In this document: positions 14,001 to 27,769 of the stretch, piece by piece
How positions within the stretch are numbered: the first letter of the stretch is position 1
Layout: each line of letters starts with the position of its first letter
Assembly: GCA_016748015.1 (NCBI GenBank)
Contig: JAAOMT010000128.1
Location: 2,053,538-2,117,537, forward strand
Reading direction: 5' to 3'
Length of the DNA: 64,000 nucleotides
Source: Geosiphon pyriformis uo1
Taxonomy: Eukaryota > Fungi > Glomeromycota
Program-made: the position numbers and the translations under genes
Notes under the pieces: generated by a model
What the model was told of the DNA's origin: nothing
Database searches by the model: none
Seen by the model: only the letters and a program-made list of their open reading frames with translations

Positions 14001-17000
14001 TAATAAGTAAAATATTTTCTAAGTTTTAATTTAAAGACTATAATAGTGTGTTTACAAAATTTTTATTTTGTTTTTACAAATTAAAAACTCTGGTTTTTAA
14101 GTTAATTAAAATTTCTTATTTAATCTTAAATAATATATTTGATTTGCTTTTAAAACTTTGATTTTTTTTAATACTAAAAATGTTTTTAAAGTAATAGTGC
14201 TTATTGATTTAGATGTTTTTTACTTTATTATTATTATTATAAATCATTAAAGTAGCTTATAAATAAAATTTCTGTAAAAGAGTTGACTTTTATAACAAAA
14301 TAACTACATATTTTTAGTGAGCTTTCAAATAAGTAATTTCTGAGAAAAAGTTAACTTTTACTGCAAAATAACTATATAAAATAAACTGACTTAGAATTGG
14401 CTATTCTACTTATAAACCCAATAATTCAAATTATAAAAAATATTTTGAAAATAAATTCAGTTATTAGAGATTTAACAGCTTTTAGTAATTGTAAATTAAC
14501 AAAAAAATAACATTTACAACAGTCAAAAAAAATCACTAAAACTTTTAGTAATATTGTTTATACTAATAAATTTCTTAAATTTTAAGTTTAACAAATATAA
14601 AAGCTAATATTGTTGTGTTTTTTAATGGTTTAAATCTTAGTATTAGTGTCAGAGTTTTTGGTATGATGTTTTTTACTCTAATTAAGTTGCAGACTATTTT
14701 ATTGGCTTTAAAATATGTTTTTTTTCTTATATAATAATATTATTTTCAAACAGTCAAATAACTTTAAATATTTGCTCTTTAGAGTTAATCTTAATGTTGC
14801 CTAATTTTTATAATTTTTGTTAAATAGAGTGTTGTTATATTGTAAATATGGTCAATAAAAAAGATTTGTATATTTTTTAATCTAAGATTAAAAATTATTT
14901 TAATATTTTTAATAATAACAAAGTTAATATATTAATTAATATTACATTTTTTTCAAACTTGGTATTTTTAATTATAGTTTAAAAGAAATTTTTAAAAGCT
15001 AATAATATGTGTATATTTAAAAATATAAAGTATTTTATTCATAAAATTTTTGGGCAATTTATTATGCTCATTAAAAAACTGGTTATAGTGTTATTGCTTT
15101 AAACCAGAGTTTAATTGAAAATATAAATTGGACTATTTTTTATGAATATAATATCTAAATTCTTATATAATAGCTAAATATATAAGTCAAATTACTGTAA
15201 ATATTTGTTTTTATTTTATAAAAACTTTTTATTATTAATTGTTTGTAATTGTTTATAAATATTATATAATAAACACTATTGTAGTGTTTTGTGTTATTTT
15301 GACTGGCTTAAGTGACTAGTTATATATAGTAAATATATAAATTATATTTAGTTTAAATTACTTAATTTGAAATATTATACTAAGTTGTATTTAAACTTTA
15401 CTTGTAAAATTAATAAAAAAAATATATTAATATTCTTTTAACTAAAAATATTAATTATAATAAATTTGTTTTATTTTGTTATTTTAATAATACAATCAGA
15501 TTTCTATAAAAAAACGCAGTTAAAACATATAAATTATGTTTTATTTTAAAAGTATTTTATTATAGAGTTTTATAATTATTATAAAATAAACTATATTTAT
15601 ATAATTTTTTTCTAAGTAAATTTTGGTTTTTATACTAAAATATTTTTTTGTTAATTGTTTTTTAAATTTAATCATCTTTTTTAATGTTTTATTTACTTTT
15701 GTAATTGTAATTAAAGCAGATAAAAAAATTTTTAATTTTTTTTCTAAGTTATTAATTATATTAATTTCAATTTGAATATTGATTAAAACTATATTTACAA
15801 TTTTATTATTAAAAATATTTTCAATTATCAATAATTTATTAGCTATTATAATATAATCTTCAAGATTTTTAACCAATTATTATATATTTAATGATAAATT
15901 ATTGAATATATTTATAGCAATTAATATTTCAGATTTTTAAATTTCTAATTTTAGATTATAAAAAAAATATATGTTTTTTGTCAATGGTTTTAAATTATAA
16001 CAGATATTACTTAAAATTATAATTAAATAATATAATTAATTATTATTTTATGTTTAATTTATTTCTAAAAAATAAATTAATATTAAATAAAATTATATAA
16101 TATATTATAATAATAATATTGTATATATTATTTAATTGTTTAATATTAATTTTTTGTTTAAATTAATATAAATTATGTTAATAATATAATTATTTATATT
16201 TATTTTTAAAAATTTTAATAATGTTAACATCTATTGATTAAAAATATGATATAATATTTGAAAAAAAATAATGTAAAGTAATATTAGTTAATTAGAATAA
16301 ATTTTCTTTAATTTGAATTGATAAAAAATTGTATTATTAACCAAAAGTAATATATGTTAATTTTGAATTTAAAAGTCTTTATTTAAATATTTAAGTTATG
16401 TTTTCCAAAAATTTAAATGAATTTATGCTTTAAAATTGAATTTATAAATTATAAATAAGTTAAAAGTATTAATTTTTTTAAAATATCTTGAATTTTTTAC
16501 ATGTTTAATTACTAGAAATTGTAATTTATAAGATCTAATTAAATTTGTAATAAAAAAAATTATAATTTAAGATTTATTCTATAAAAATCCAATTAATTTA
16601 ATATAATAATAATATATAATAATAGCAATTAATAAATATAATATACCAATTTTTTTTTGTATTTCAATATTTTATAAGTGTTTAATTTGGTTTTATATAA
16701 AAAAATAATTCTGTTTTATTAATATTATATATGTTAACAAAATCAAATTTAAATATAATAATTTTTAATTTTTTTTGTTTTTTTGATAAACTTTTAGTTA
16801 ATATACTTTTTGATTTATCATAAAATTAGTAAATACATAACTGGTTTTGTTTTTTGAATTTTTGAACTTATTTATTTGAGAATTATATTTTATTTTTATG
16901 TATACCAAGAAGTTTAACAAATTTATTTATTTTTCTTTAATTAGTTAATTATTAAATTTGATAATAATTACAATTGCTTATTCTATTTAATAATTTAAAG

Positions 17001-20000
17001 TTTGATCTAATAATAGAAATTTAATGCTTTTATGTTAAATAGATTTTTTTAAAATTTTATTAATTTTAATATTTAATTATTTTGTATGCTTTTAATTATT
17101 TTGGAGACAATTAAATAAAAAATATAAAGTTCTAAATATTTATAATTGAAGTAAACTACAATATTATCATGTTTTATATTAAAATAATTTTTGAAATATA
17201 ACAAATTTTTTTATAAAAAGCATTATTAACTGTTGCTTATTTTTGTTTTTTGAATAAAAATTCTAATATTGTGATAATTTAGCAAATTTATTAAAAAATA
17301 TGCTTATAATTATAATATTAAATTTAGTTTTGGTAAACTTGAATTAAAATATAATAAGAATTAAGTGGCTATATATAAAAACAAACAAGATCAAAAAAAA
17401 TAAATTCAATATAAATTAATTTAAAAAAAAGTTAAAATAAAATCAATTTAATATATTTTAACTTTTTTTTTTAATTACTAATTAACATTAAATATATAAT
17501 ATTTGTTCTTATATAAAAGTAAATTTCGAATAAATATTTTTTGTAAGAGATTGTTTTTTTATTAAAAATTTTTTATAGAAGTCTAATTATATTATTAAAT
17601 TAAATTTAATAGACTATTAATTTATTGGTTTTTATATAAATATAATAAAAATTTTGTATAAATAATTAAATTTTTTCTTTTTTTTAATTTTATAATTATA
17701 ATCAGAACAAAAAATAAAAAAGTTTCAAATATTTTTTTTATAATAACTAATAAAATTTTAACAAAAAAAAATTTATTATTATTAAAACAATTAATTAAAA
17801 TATCTTAATAATAAATTTTTTAAATATTAATAGTAAAAAGCTATTTTTAATAGTATTTAAAACATTTTTTTACTTTTAATTAGTGGTTTTTTCTTAGTTA
17901 AAGTTTTTTTTAAGAAATATACTTAAATTAGTTTTAATATTATTTCTATTTTTTTTAAAATTTTAAAAGTTTTTAATAATAAATTAATTAATAAGCTAAT
18001 TTTTCTGCTTTATTACTATTACTATTATTATTATTTTATAAATAGCTAAAAAAAAATCAAAGACTTAAAAAACAATAATAATTACTTATATTATATCAAA
18101 TTTTTTTGTAATTTTAAATAAGATCTTAGAAAAAAATTTTTTAACAGTAATTAGATTTTTTTATATAAATAATAATAATAATAGTATATCTTTTATAATA
18201 AACCAAGATTAACTATTGACTATATTATTAAATATAATGTTTTTTGGCAGATTATTATTAGTTTCTAAAACAAAACAACTTATTAGGTTATTTAATTTTA
18301 AAAATTAAACTAATTAAATAGAAATTAAATTAATTTTTTTTTGTTTTTTAATATTGTTTTTACTTTTTTCTTAATATTATTAATACTGTTTTGTTGTTAA
18401 TTTTGCTGTTAATAAAAATTAGTAAACATTTAATAAGTTAATTTTTTTCCAAAGTATCTTTTTATACTTTAGACTATATATGCTATTGAATTTATAATAT
18501 AATAACAAATTTTATACCAATTATTTATAAAATTACTTTGCAATAAAAGTTAATTTTTTTATAAGAAAATCTTATCTGTAAGTTTTTCAAAAATATATGT
18601 AGTTATTTTGCTACAAAAATTAACTTTTTTACAAGAAATTTTGACTGTAAACTATTTAATAATATAAAAAAAATATATATATATTAAAAAATTATTTTAA
18701 ATTTAGGTCTTAAAAGTTATTAATATTTACTAAAATTAGTAGCTAATTAATTTTAAACTAGTAATAAGTGGTTAATTTTAAACAGGAATAATTAAAAATT
18801 TTTATGTTGTTTTTTTTTTTAAGTAAGTTTTTTGAAATTGATTTATATAAAAAATGATTCTAACTAAGATATTTAATAAAAAATTGATTCTAAATTAGAT
18901 ATATTTTTTTAAAAAAAGAAGTTCTTTTTTTATAAGACTTTTTGTAATACTATTTTATAATTTAACACTTTTTTTTTTAATATTTTAGTAAACTAAAGAT
19001 ATATTTTGTTAAACTACAAGTTATTTCTATAAGCTATAAATTATTTTGGTAAACTGTTAAATATTTCATTAAATTAAATATTTTAGCAAATTTTGAATAT
19101 TATATAGTTTAAAGTATTATATAATTTAATTATTACAACTTGATTATATTTGTATTTTGTACAAATCAAGTTATTAATTAAATAATAATTCAAATAATTT
19201 AATATAATAATAAATTGAAATAATAATATATATTAAATAATAATAGAAATTATAAAGATAATTTTATGCTAAATAATATCTTAAATTTTAACTGGTAATA
19301 TTAAAAAACAATTTTTAGGTATTAAAAATTTTCTAAGTAAATAGTTTTTACTTTGGTATTTAGTATTACATTCAAAATCAAATTAATTTTTGTTAATTTT
19401 TTATTTTATTTGCTTTTTGACTTTGTTAGACTTAAATTTGTTTTAAAAAACAATATTAAATTATTTTATATAGATTTTGTTTTTAAGTTATTCTTAATTG
19501 TTATTAATATTATTATTATTAATTTTTTTTTAACTATATTTAAATTACAAAATCTTTTATGGTTTTTTATTTTTATTTTATTTTATAATATATTTTTTAA
19601 CATATTTTCTAATAATATTAAAACTGTTTTTGGTATTATTATTTTAGTTAAATTAAAGTTTTTTGACTTGTAATAATATGTTGTTGTTAATTTTAAGAAC
19701 TTTTTATTTACTGCTATTGCTTTTAATAATTGATTTGTGTTAGTAAAAAAAGACAATATTTGAATTTTTTTTTTCAACCAAAAAAAAATTATTATCTTGT
19801 ATAATACTTTTAAAATCAAATTAGTTAACTTTTTTTTAGTTGTACTGTTTTTAAAATTAGTAATTTAATTTTTCAAATTAGTAATTATATTTGTTTTATT
19901 TTTTATTTGTATTGCTATTAATACTTTGTTATTATAATATTTAAGTTTTACAAATCTTTAAATCTTGCTATAATAAAAACCAATATTGTGTATAAGTATT

Positions 20001-22695
20001 GTATTTAATAAAAAATTTTTAAATCTTATTATCATTACAGATATTAAAATTTGGATTATTTGTTTAAAAATTACAAAATATTATTACATTTTTTCTTAAA
20101 TTATTATTTAAGTTTGTTATTAACTTTAAGTTTTTTGTATTATTTTTAATTGGTAAAAAATTTTATGCTAAAGTTTTTGTTTTTTTGGCTTTTTTTTATG
20201 TTGTTTTTTTGATTGTTTTTGTTGTTAATTCTAAGTTTAAATTTAGATTGAATTTTTTGAAAACTTAAATTAAAAACTTGGCTTATTTGGTTAAATTTAT
20301 TGGTTTTTTAGTTATTTTAGTCATTTTTTTAACTAAAAATATGTACAAAATTTACAAAATTTGCTAATTATAGTTAAATATTTCTAAAAACTTTGTTATT
20401 TTTTGGTTAAAATGTTTAAAAACATTGCTGATCTTAAAGTTATAGTTAATTTTGGCAATATAAATATAAAAATTAATACTATTAAAGCATTTTTTTTAAA
20501 TAAAAATATATTTAATTATATAGTTATTTTGTGATAAATATGTAGTTTTAAAATTAAAAATAGTATTAAGAAAATTAGACTGTTTTTTTAGTGATTTTAT
20601 TTTTAATATTCGAAATTTAAATAATAATATTAAGATTTAATAGAATAAATTTATTTTTAGCTTCTTTTAATTTAGCTTAATTAATGTTTTAACTAACTTA
20701 AATGGTTAATTACATGTAAAAAATACACAAAACATATTTAATTTAAGTTATTTAATTTAATATATTGTATTAAATAATATTTGAACACATTTTATCAAAA
20801 CTTAATATAAAAAATTCTAAAATTATAGTTATTTAAATATAATTTGTTTAAATATAATAGTTTAAATTTTATTTTTTTGTTTTAAAAATAAAATTATTAA
20901 AATTTTAATTATATTAATATATAATCTGTTAAGTTTAATGTTAAAATTTGTTTTACTGCAAATTTTTTTTAATATTTAAAATATTAAAAATACATATAAA
21001 AATTCAATTTTTAAAATTGTTAATAAACTAAATTAAGTTAATACTATTTTCTTAAAAATTATTAATCTGGTTTTTATTTTGTAATAATATATAAAAAACT
21101 AATTTAAATACTAAATTTTAAGTTTTAAGTTAAATATAAAAAAAAATTTGATTAACAATAATAATTTTGTGATTTTTAATATTAAAAATTCAATTTTTTT
21201 GCTTAATATAAAATTAATTTATAAGATTAATTTGGCCAAAAAATTAGTTTTAATATAAAATTTGCCAAAAAACAATTTTTTGGTTTTAAATTTGTTTTTT
21301 AATTTGTTAAAATTTATTAGTTTTTAAGCTATTAATAAAAATATAATTAAGTATAAATTTTATTTACTATTTAGATTTTTGTTAAATTGTATTAAGTAAA
21401 AATTAAATTATGTTTATTATTATAAATAAATAAAAAATTACATTATTATAATTATTAAAAATTTAATTTTTTGATTTTATAAATAAATTTATTAAAATTT
21501 TAATATTTTAACATACTATTTTAAATTTTTTACTTTATTTTAACGAGTGCAATTCAGTTACTATCTAGTACTTTTTTAATTAATTTATTAATTTATTATA
21601 TATTTAAATTATTAATCAAGTAATTAATTTTTTTAAGCTTAATTAAAAATTAAAAAAAATCTGTTTTTTTTAATAAATGCTTAATTAATATGATTTAGAT
21701 ATTATTTAATATATATAAACAAAATAAATATTTATAATTAAATATGACTTATATATTTATTACATATAACTAATTATTTAAGCTAATTAAGACTATATTA
21801 TATATTTATATTAATATTAATACTACTATTTAGACCAAAAAAACAAATACTTTTAAAATTAAAATATTAAATAAATTTTAAAAAATATAACTTGTAATTA
21901 AAAAATTTGACAAAACAATATAGTATTTATAAATTATATGTTTTTAATTTAATAAATTTTAATTATTATATAAAAAAATTTTTTAGCTATTAACTTAATT
22001 TAATTTTTATAAAAACTATTTACAAAAAATAATTAAAATAGTTAAATATATGTATATTATTTATTTAAAATTTTATTATAAACTTAATTTTATTGAATTA
22101 TTTTAAAAAAAAGCAAAGTAATATATATGTTTTTATTGTAATTATTTATTTAGGTATTTAAAAACAATTGTTTTATTGATATTAATTTGCTTAATAAGTA
22201 CTTATAAATAAAATTTTTAAACAAAGCTGTTTTGTTATTAAAAAATATAAATTATATTATCAAGTTTTAAATAGTGTTTTATAAAAATTTAATTATATAA
22301 ATTAGTAAGATTTAATTTTAGTAAAAAATAAATTTGTATTAAGTAAAAAATTTTTTTTTAATAAAAATAACAATTATTATTTTTAATTGTAATTTTTAAA
22401 ATAATACATAAAAATAATAAAATAACAAAATTATTAGTATAATTTTTTTTAATTAAATTATAAACCAACTATTATTTTTTATTAAATATATATGATTATA
22501 TATAAAATTTAACCAATTAAAAATTTTTTTTAAATGCTAAAAATTCATATTATTTACTATTAATTTTTATTTAAAGTGTCTACAGAAAAAATCAAACTAT
22601 ATAATAAATTTTTAAGACATTTTTTATAAAAAATACATTAGTTTATAGATCTTATTAATAATGTATTTATTATTATTATTGTAAAAATAAACTTG
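11040..22695. mobile_element. AT-rich block 1: nested, hypermutated retrotransposon relics (non-LTR ORF1/ORF2 fragments)
   Basis: GC roughly 10-15% by eye. Zinc-knuckle relic CYKCQNLGYLAANF at 11354-11395. APE-endonuclease start I*KIITCNIRN and IETK at ~13110-13226. RNase H relic VYTNKFL...IKLQTILLAL at ~14555-14710. Confidence 0.75.
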
Positions 22696-23074
22696 TAAAG
22701 CCAGCCGGCATCAAGGATCCGAACTTTATTACCGCCTTTCCAAGTTGAATTTGTACTACACACTGCTATAACCAATAATGTCAACCAATAATCTTACGTA
22801 AAGAGTGTGGCATTTTCCCACTTTCTAAACTCTGATCCAAGTTGAAACTAACTAGGAAACCCGAAGACGTTTTTACTGACAATTCTGTTCACTGAAATTT
22901 CAGCCAACATAAACTGCTGACTTTGAAGGGAAATTTTCTGTAGAAAAGATCTAATCTCATAAGAAGCTTTTTATAGAGTCGGCACTGCTCTTCACTATTT
23001 CGCCCACACACGTTTGTTTAGTTGGTTGGTTAGCTAGCTAGCTAGCTAACTACACTTGGTTAAAATTAATCTGA

Positions 23075-24378
23075 ATGATCGAATCCAGCAACCAACGTCC
23101 ACGTCCTCAAAAACTCTCGGCAAACCCCGAGCCAATGGCGATCTCTCGAAAGATGTTGACTTTATCTTTCTGGAAAGAAAAATTAACAACCCCAGCCATA
23201 AAGCACTTGATTGCAGGTGGAGTTGCCGGAGCAGTTAGTAGAACAGTCGTTAGCCCTCTAGAAAGGATGAAAATCCTGTTTCAGGTACTAAATAATGCCC
23301 TTTATAATTCAAATTAACTGAAAAAAATGCTTCAACCCTTTAGATCAGAGTTGTGCTCTTTGTAACTCGCAAGCTTTCAAACAAGATCTGGCTGATCCTT
23401 TGTTATTTGATTTTGCATCAAGGTACAAGGCCCTCAAATGTCTGCTTATCAAGGTGTTTTTCCAACATTATTAAAAATGTGGCGAGAAGAGGGCTTTCTA
23501 GGCTTTCTGAGAGGCAATGGAACAAATGTTATTCGAATTATACCCTACAGTGCAACACAATTTGCTGCCTATGAGAAATACAAACGTGTATGTTCAATTA
23601 AGTATTCGATCTTATATACATCATTTATTCTAGTTGATGCGACTTTTTATCAATGATTTTTCTCATCTTTTTTCTGGGTTAGCTTCTTTTAGAAGAAGGT
23701 AAAGAGGAATTAGATGCTAAAAGGCGTCTGACAGCTGGGGCATTGGCTGGAATTACATCGGTTTCATGCACATATCCACTTGATATCGTACGAACTAGAC
23801 TTTCTGTTCAATCGGCTAGCTTGGGATGTGTCGGATCCCAAAATAAACTTCCTGGTATATGGATGACAATGAAAATTATTTATAAAACCGAAGGAGGTAT
23901 TCGAGCATTATATCGTGGATTATCGCCTACATTAATGGTAATACTTATTATAGATTAAATTTTATTTTTGCCAAATGAATTCTCACAAAAAAGTTTTAAA
24001 TTTATCTGCCAGGGTGTGGCTCCATATGTTGCTTTGAATTTTCATTCCTACGAGGTTTTGCGAAAATATTTTACACCAGAAAATAAAACTTCTCCACCAG
24101 TAGCCCAGAAATTGTTATGTGGTGCATTGGCCGGAACTTTCGCTCAAACAATGACCTATCCCCTGGATGTCCTACGTCGAAGGATGCAAGTGACGGGAAT
24201 GGGGCTGGTTGGTTACAATTATCGGAATACGTGGGATGCGGTGACGCAGGTTATTAAACAAGAGGGGCTAAAGGGACTATATAAGGGAATGATACCGAAC
24301 TATTTAAAAGTAGCGCCTGCCATTAGTGTCAGCTTTGTTACTTACGAAGCATGCAAGGAAAGAATGGGTGTATCATAA
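23075..24378 (+). CDS. Mitochondrial carrier (SLC25; YPR011C/SLC25A42-like nucleotide/CoA carrier)
   Basis: Three carrier signatures ([23 protein letters not shown]), plus [12 protein letters not shown] and KVAP; three GT-AG introns. Confidence 0.93.
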
Positions 24379-25339
24379 TAAATCTAGGGCTTCTTTATCT
24401 TGGGAAAACGACGTATGATTTAGAATTAAGACTGTTAATGGCTTTAAGTTAAATTCTGATTGGATAATCACGAACTTTATATCAATCATACTAATGACTA
24501 TAACAGATAGAAAATTTTCCTAATATTATTTTTGATTCAACCTATCGACCCACCATTTATCTATCAATTTGTTTTCATACTACATTTTTTTTCTGAACAA
24601 CCCCATCCTTGTAAAACACGAATTTGATTCACAACCTGTAAATAAAATCTTCATTTCTCTATCCCACAGTCTGATACAGAAGACTGAAAGAATGTCCTTG
24701 AGTTCAATTATATGAGAATTCTGATTGAAGCCTATAGGTGAAAAAATCAGGTGAGATCAAATTTTCATAAATGCTCATAAACGTCGGATATTCAGATTTT
24801 TAGGATAATTTTCTTATGGATTTTAATTTGAATCGGCTGTGGACAGTTTTGTGGATTGAGGTTCGTAGGTTTTTTCATTACTTGTCAAATAAAGCCATTT
24901 AACGAGTGCATTATATTCTCCAGAAACTTGGGCTCTATGTTAGTTGTGATTTTGTCGGAAACAATAGCATTTCTAGATATCGTGGGTGAAATTCATAATT
25001 TTACCGCGGTAAAACGTTAGGGTTGTATGCTTAAAATGATTTTTTGGTGTTGAACGAAAATAATCATCCATTGTTGGGGGTCCGGAACATTGGATTCTAG
25101 CTGAAAATATTGAGTTTTTGTAAAATTCAGATCTATTTGTTCCCAATCACTAATTAAAATTAACGTAATTAAACGCTATTAATGAATTATTATGTGTAAT
25201 CTTTCAATAAAAATACATGATGCTTATCAGGTTTAAAATCGAGAAAATAAATGCCCACCTTTTCTCTCCCACTTTCATCTTTCTCTAGCTAACTTTCTCG
25301 AAATGCTGATACACCGCCTCCATCACCTCTGCTGCAAAG

Positions 25340-25690
25340 AAAGATTACCTTTACGCCTGTGTCTTCAATACAAAACAAAAAGAGGATTTCGAGCGACAAA
25401 AGCAACTCCTCAGCGATACCGGGTCAGGTATCGATTTTAAAAGATCGGGATTTAAGACCTTATTGGAACAAACAAGCCACCGAATTTGGTGATAAACTTT
25501 GCCAATTTGCCTTCAACCTCTTCCAATATATCTTTTTCTCCATTCCACAAAACTCATAGTTCTTTTCGACAAGCATGAACTTTTACAAGACACTCTTCCC
25601 ATCAACACCGTCTTTATCTGCCGCATGCAGGGAAGGAGAGCTACCTACTATCGACGAGGGCGTCAGAACAGGCTAAAAGCGCAAGGGTAA
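25340..25690 (+). pseudogene. IS607-family serine recombinase (TnpA) pseudogene
   Basis: Frame from 25352 reads YACVFNTKQKEDFERQ...SDTGSGIDFKRSGFKTLLE (family YARVSS..QK.DL.RQ / D.GSG..FKR.G...LL). After shifts: DKLCQFAF (DRL.RF) and ELLQDTLPINTVFICRMQGRR (EL..D...I..VF..R..G.R). Confidence 0.85.
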
Positions 25691-25769
25691 AGCGACAGCA
25701 GCTCATCGCAAACTTTGGAGATGGAAGATACTCTCAACTGTACACTATTAATCAAGGGGTGTTAGAACC

Positions 25770-27125
25770 ATCCTCAAAAGCAACTCTTGAGGCGGTGGTT
25801 GGGCTTGACGAGATTTGATTATAATACTGTTGTCTACTGGAGTCAATATCGCAAATTGGTCAATCACAACAGGCTTGGATATAGCTTCAATCTATCAAAG
25901 ATAAATTTAAGCTTTACACAGTGTTTAGCAGGAAAAGACACTAATGAACACGAAGACAAGAAACGCCAAAAAGCTGCAATATGGGACGAGTGAAGTTCAC
26001 GCGAACTGTTGTCCATCTCGAAGTCTTTGCTTCGGGGTATTAAGGACAAAGCTTCCGCAATTATCAATGAGGCAGTTGATGAAGTATTGATTGCTAAGGA
26101 AGATGTAATTTAGTAATGCGAATCGACAAGGTCTATTGGCACATTATCATTTCGATCTCGAAAAGACTTGCGACAAACAAATATAATTCGTGCACAGAAT
26201 TTTTCGAAATCCACATGGAATTGTTTTTATGTCACTTATCTCGATGTTTACCACAAATTGTTACAAGCTTACCACCGTTCTGGATAATCATAAGGCTTTG
26301 TATCCTCTTCATTCCAAAAAAAGAGGCATAATAATAGATGGTTCATTTTCACAAGATAATGTCGGATGGCAAGCTCACCTACTATCGCAAGACTAATGAG
26401 AGGAAGTTTGCCTGAGGATACAAGACTCAAAACACCTCCGCGAAACCCAAGCAGATGACTCTGTTCATGTAGTCTCCATTAATCCTGGCGTCTGTATGCG
26501 TTTTAAATGGTACTCGATTGGCAGACATCCTATGAAATATATAGTTCGCATTTGCAAGTACTTGGACGATCCCATCTCCCAAAAGGGTAAATTATTAGCA
26601 TCCTCCTCAAAACGTAAGGTTAAAATGACCCAACGACTCGTTAAGGCGATTTTTCGGATGCGACGAAAAGTTATACGTAGGCAAAATGAAAGTTACCGGA
26701 AATCAGCCAAATTCTTTACCAGCGAATTTGACGCCATTGTCATTCCTTCTTTTGGAGTGTCAGACATGTTAAATCGCAAGACAAGAAAGACTACACGAAA
26801 AATTGTCCAGAAAATGCTTTGTTGCGTATTATCGCTTTCGACAACGTCTGATCACCAAGGCCGAGGAATTAGGGTTCCGTGTTATTATCCAGAACGAAGC
26901 CTACACATTCAAGAATTTTAGTCAATGTGGCAGCGTCCAAAGAGTCGGAGGGTCCAAAGTGTACAACTGCCCGAATTGTAGGATTGTGATGAAAATGGCG
27001 CTCAGGGGATCTTTCTTTGGGCATTGCTTGATAGAGTCTTGGTCCTACAGCCTATAGTGACCACGCAGGAAATAATAGGCGTTACATACCAATGCTTAGT
27101 ATTGCCTATCATTGATGTGTTATAA
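25770..27125 (+). pseudogene. TnpB/Fanzor2-type RNA-guided nuclease pseudogene (IS607 clade)
   Basis: QKQLLRRWLGLTRFDYN; FRSRKD; RuvC-I VSINPG at 26472-26489 (D>N); IVIPSF; NEAYT with the displaced Glu; QCG...CPNC zinc ribbon; RuvC-III DENGA at 26988. Multiple frameshifts and stops. Confidence 0.88.
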
Positions 27126-27769
27126 TCCATCCGTTCTCATTTTCACTAAACAGAGGCTTCTTTCTGACTTAATAGATAATATAATGATTGGATAACCATT
27201 TAACAAAAAATTATTGAAAACAGACTATAAATATTACTGATCATAATAACATTATAAAAATTATTATTATTTCATCTTATTATGAATATATAACAAACAT
27301 TGAATAATATTTTTTATTATTAAGTGAAGTTATTTTACAATTTATGTTACATGTGATTAATCACAAACTTTACAACAATTGCACTTTTTTATGTAATTTA
27401 CATTATTATACAAATATATTTATATAAATTTTTTAATCTTATTTTTCTTATTATTTTAATACATAACAGAAGTAAACTTATTTATAAACAATGTTTTCAA
27501 TGTTTTAACCATATTATTTACTTGGTTTATTATTATTCCAATATAAATTACAAATAAAATACAATCTGTGTTTTTTGCAATAACTTATTTTTTTAATATA
27601 ACAAATTATAAAAAATACAAATAAAAATTTTTTTATCTCCTCTATTTCAAAATTCTTCAAAGAATTAAATTTTGAAAAAAAGTTTTTTATTTTTTTTGTT
27701 ATTTTTTTCACAATTTTTCAAGAAAAAAACTCTTTTATAATAGAACTGACAACTGTTTTTAGCAGTAAT

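Noticed and set aside
25359-25500. KDRDLRPYWN reading as the TnpB N-terminus
   Set aside because: It is the overlapping frame of the recombinase GSGIDFKRSGFKTLLE motif; dual coding cannot be shown from this decayed copy.
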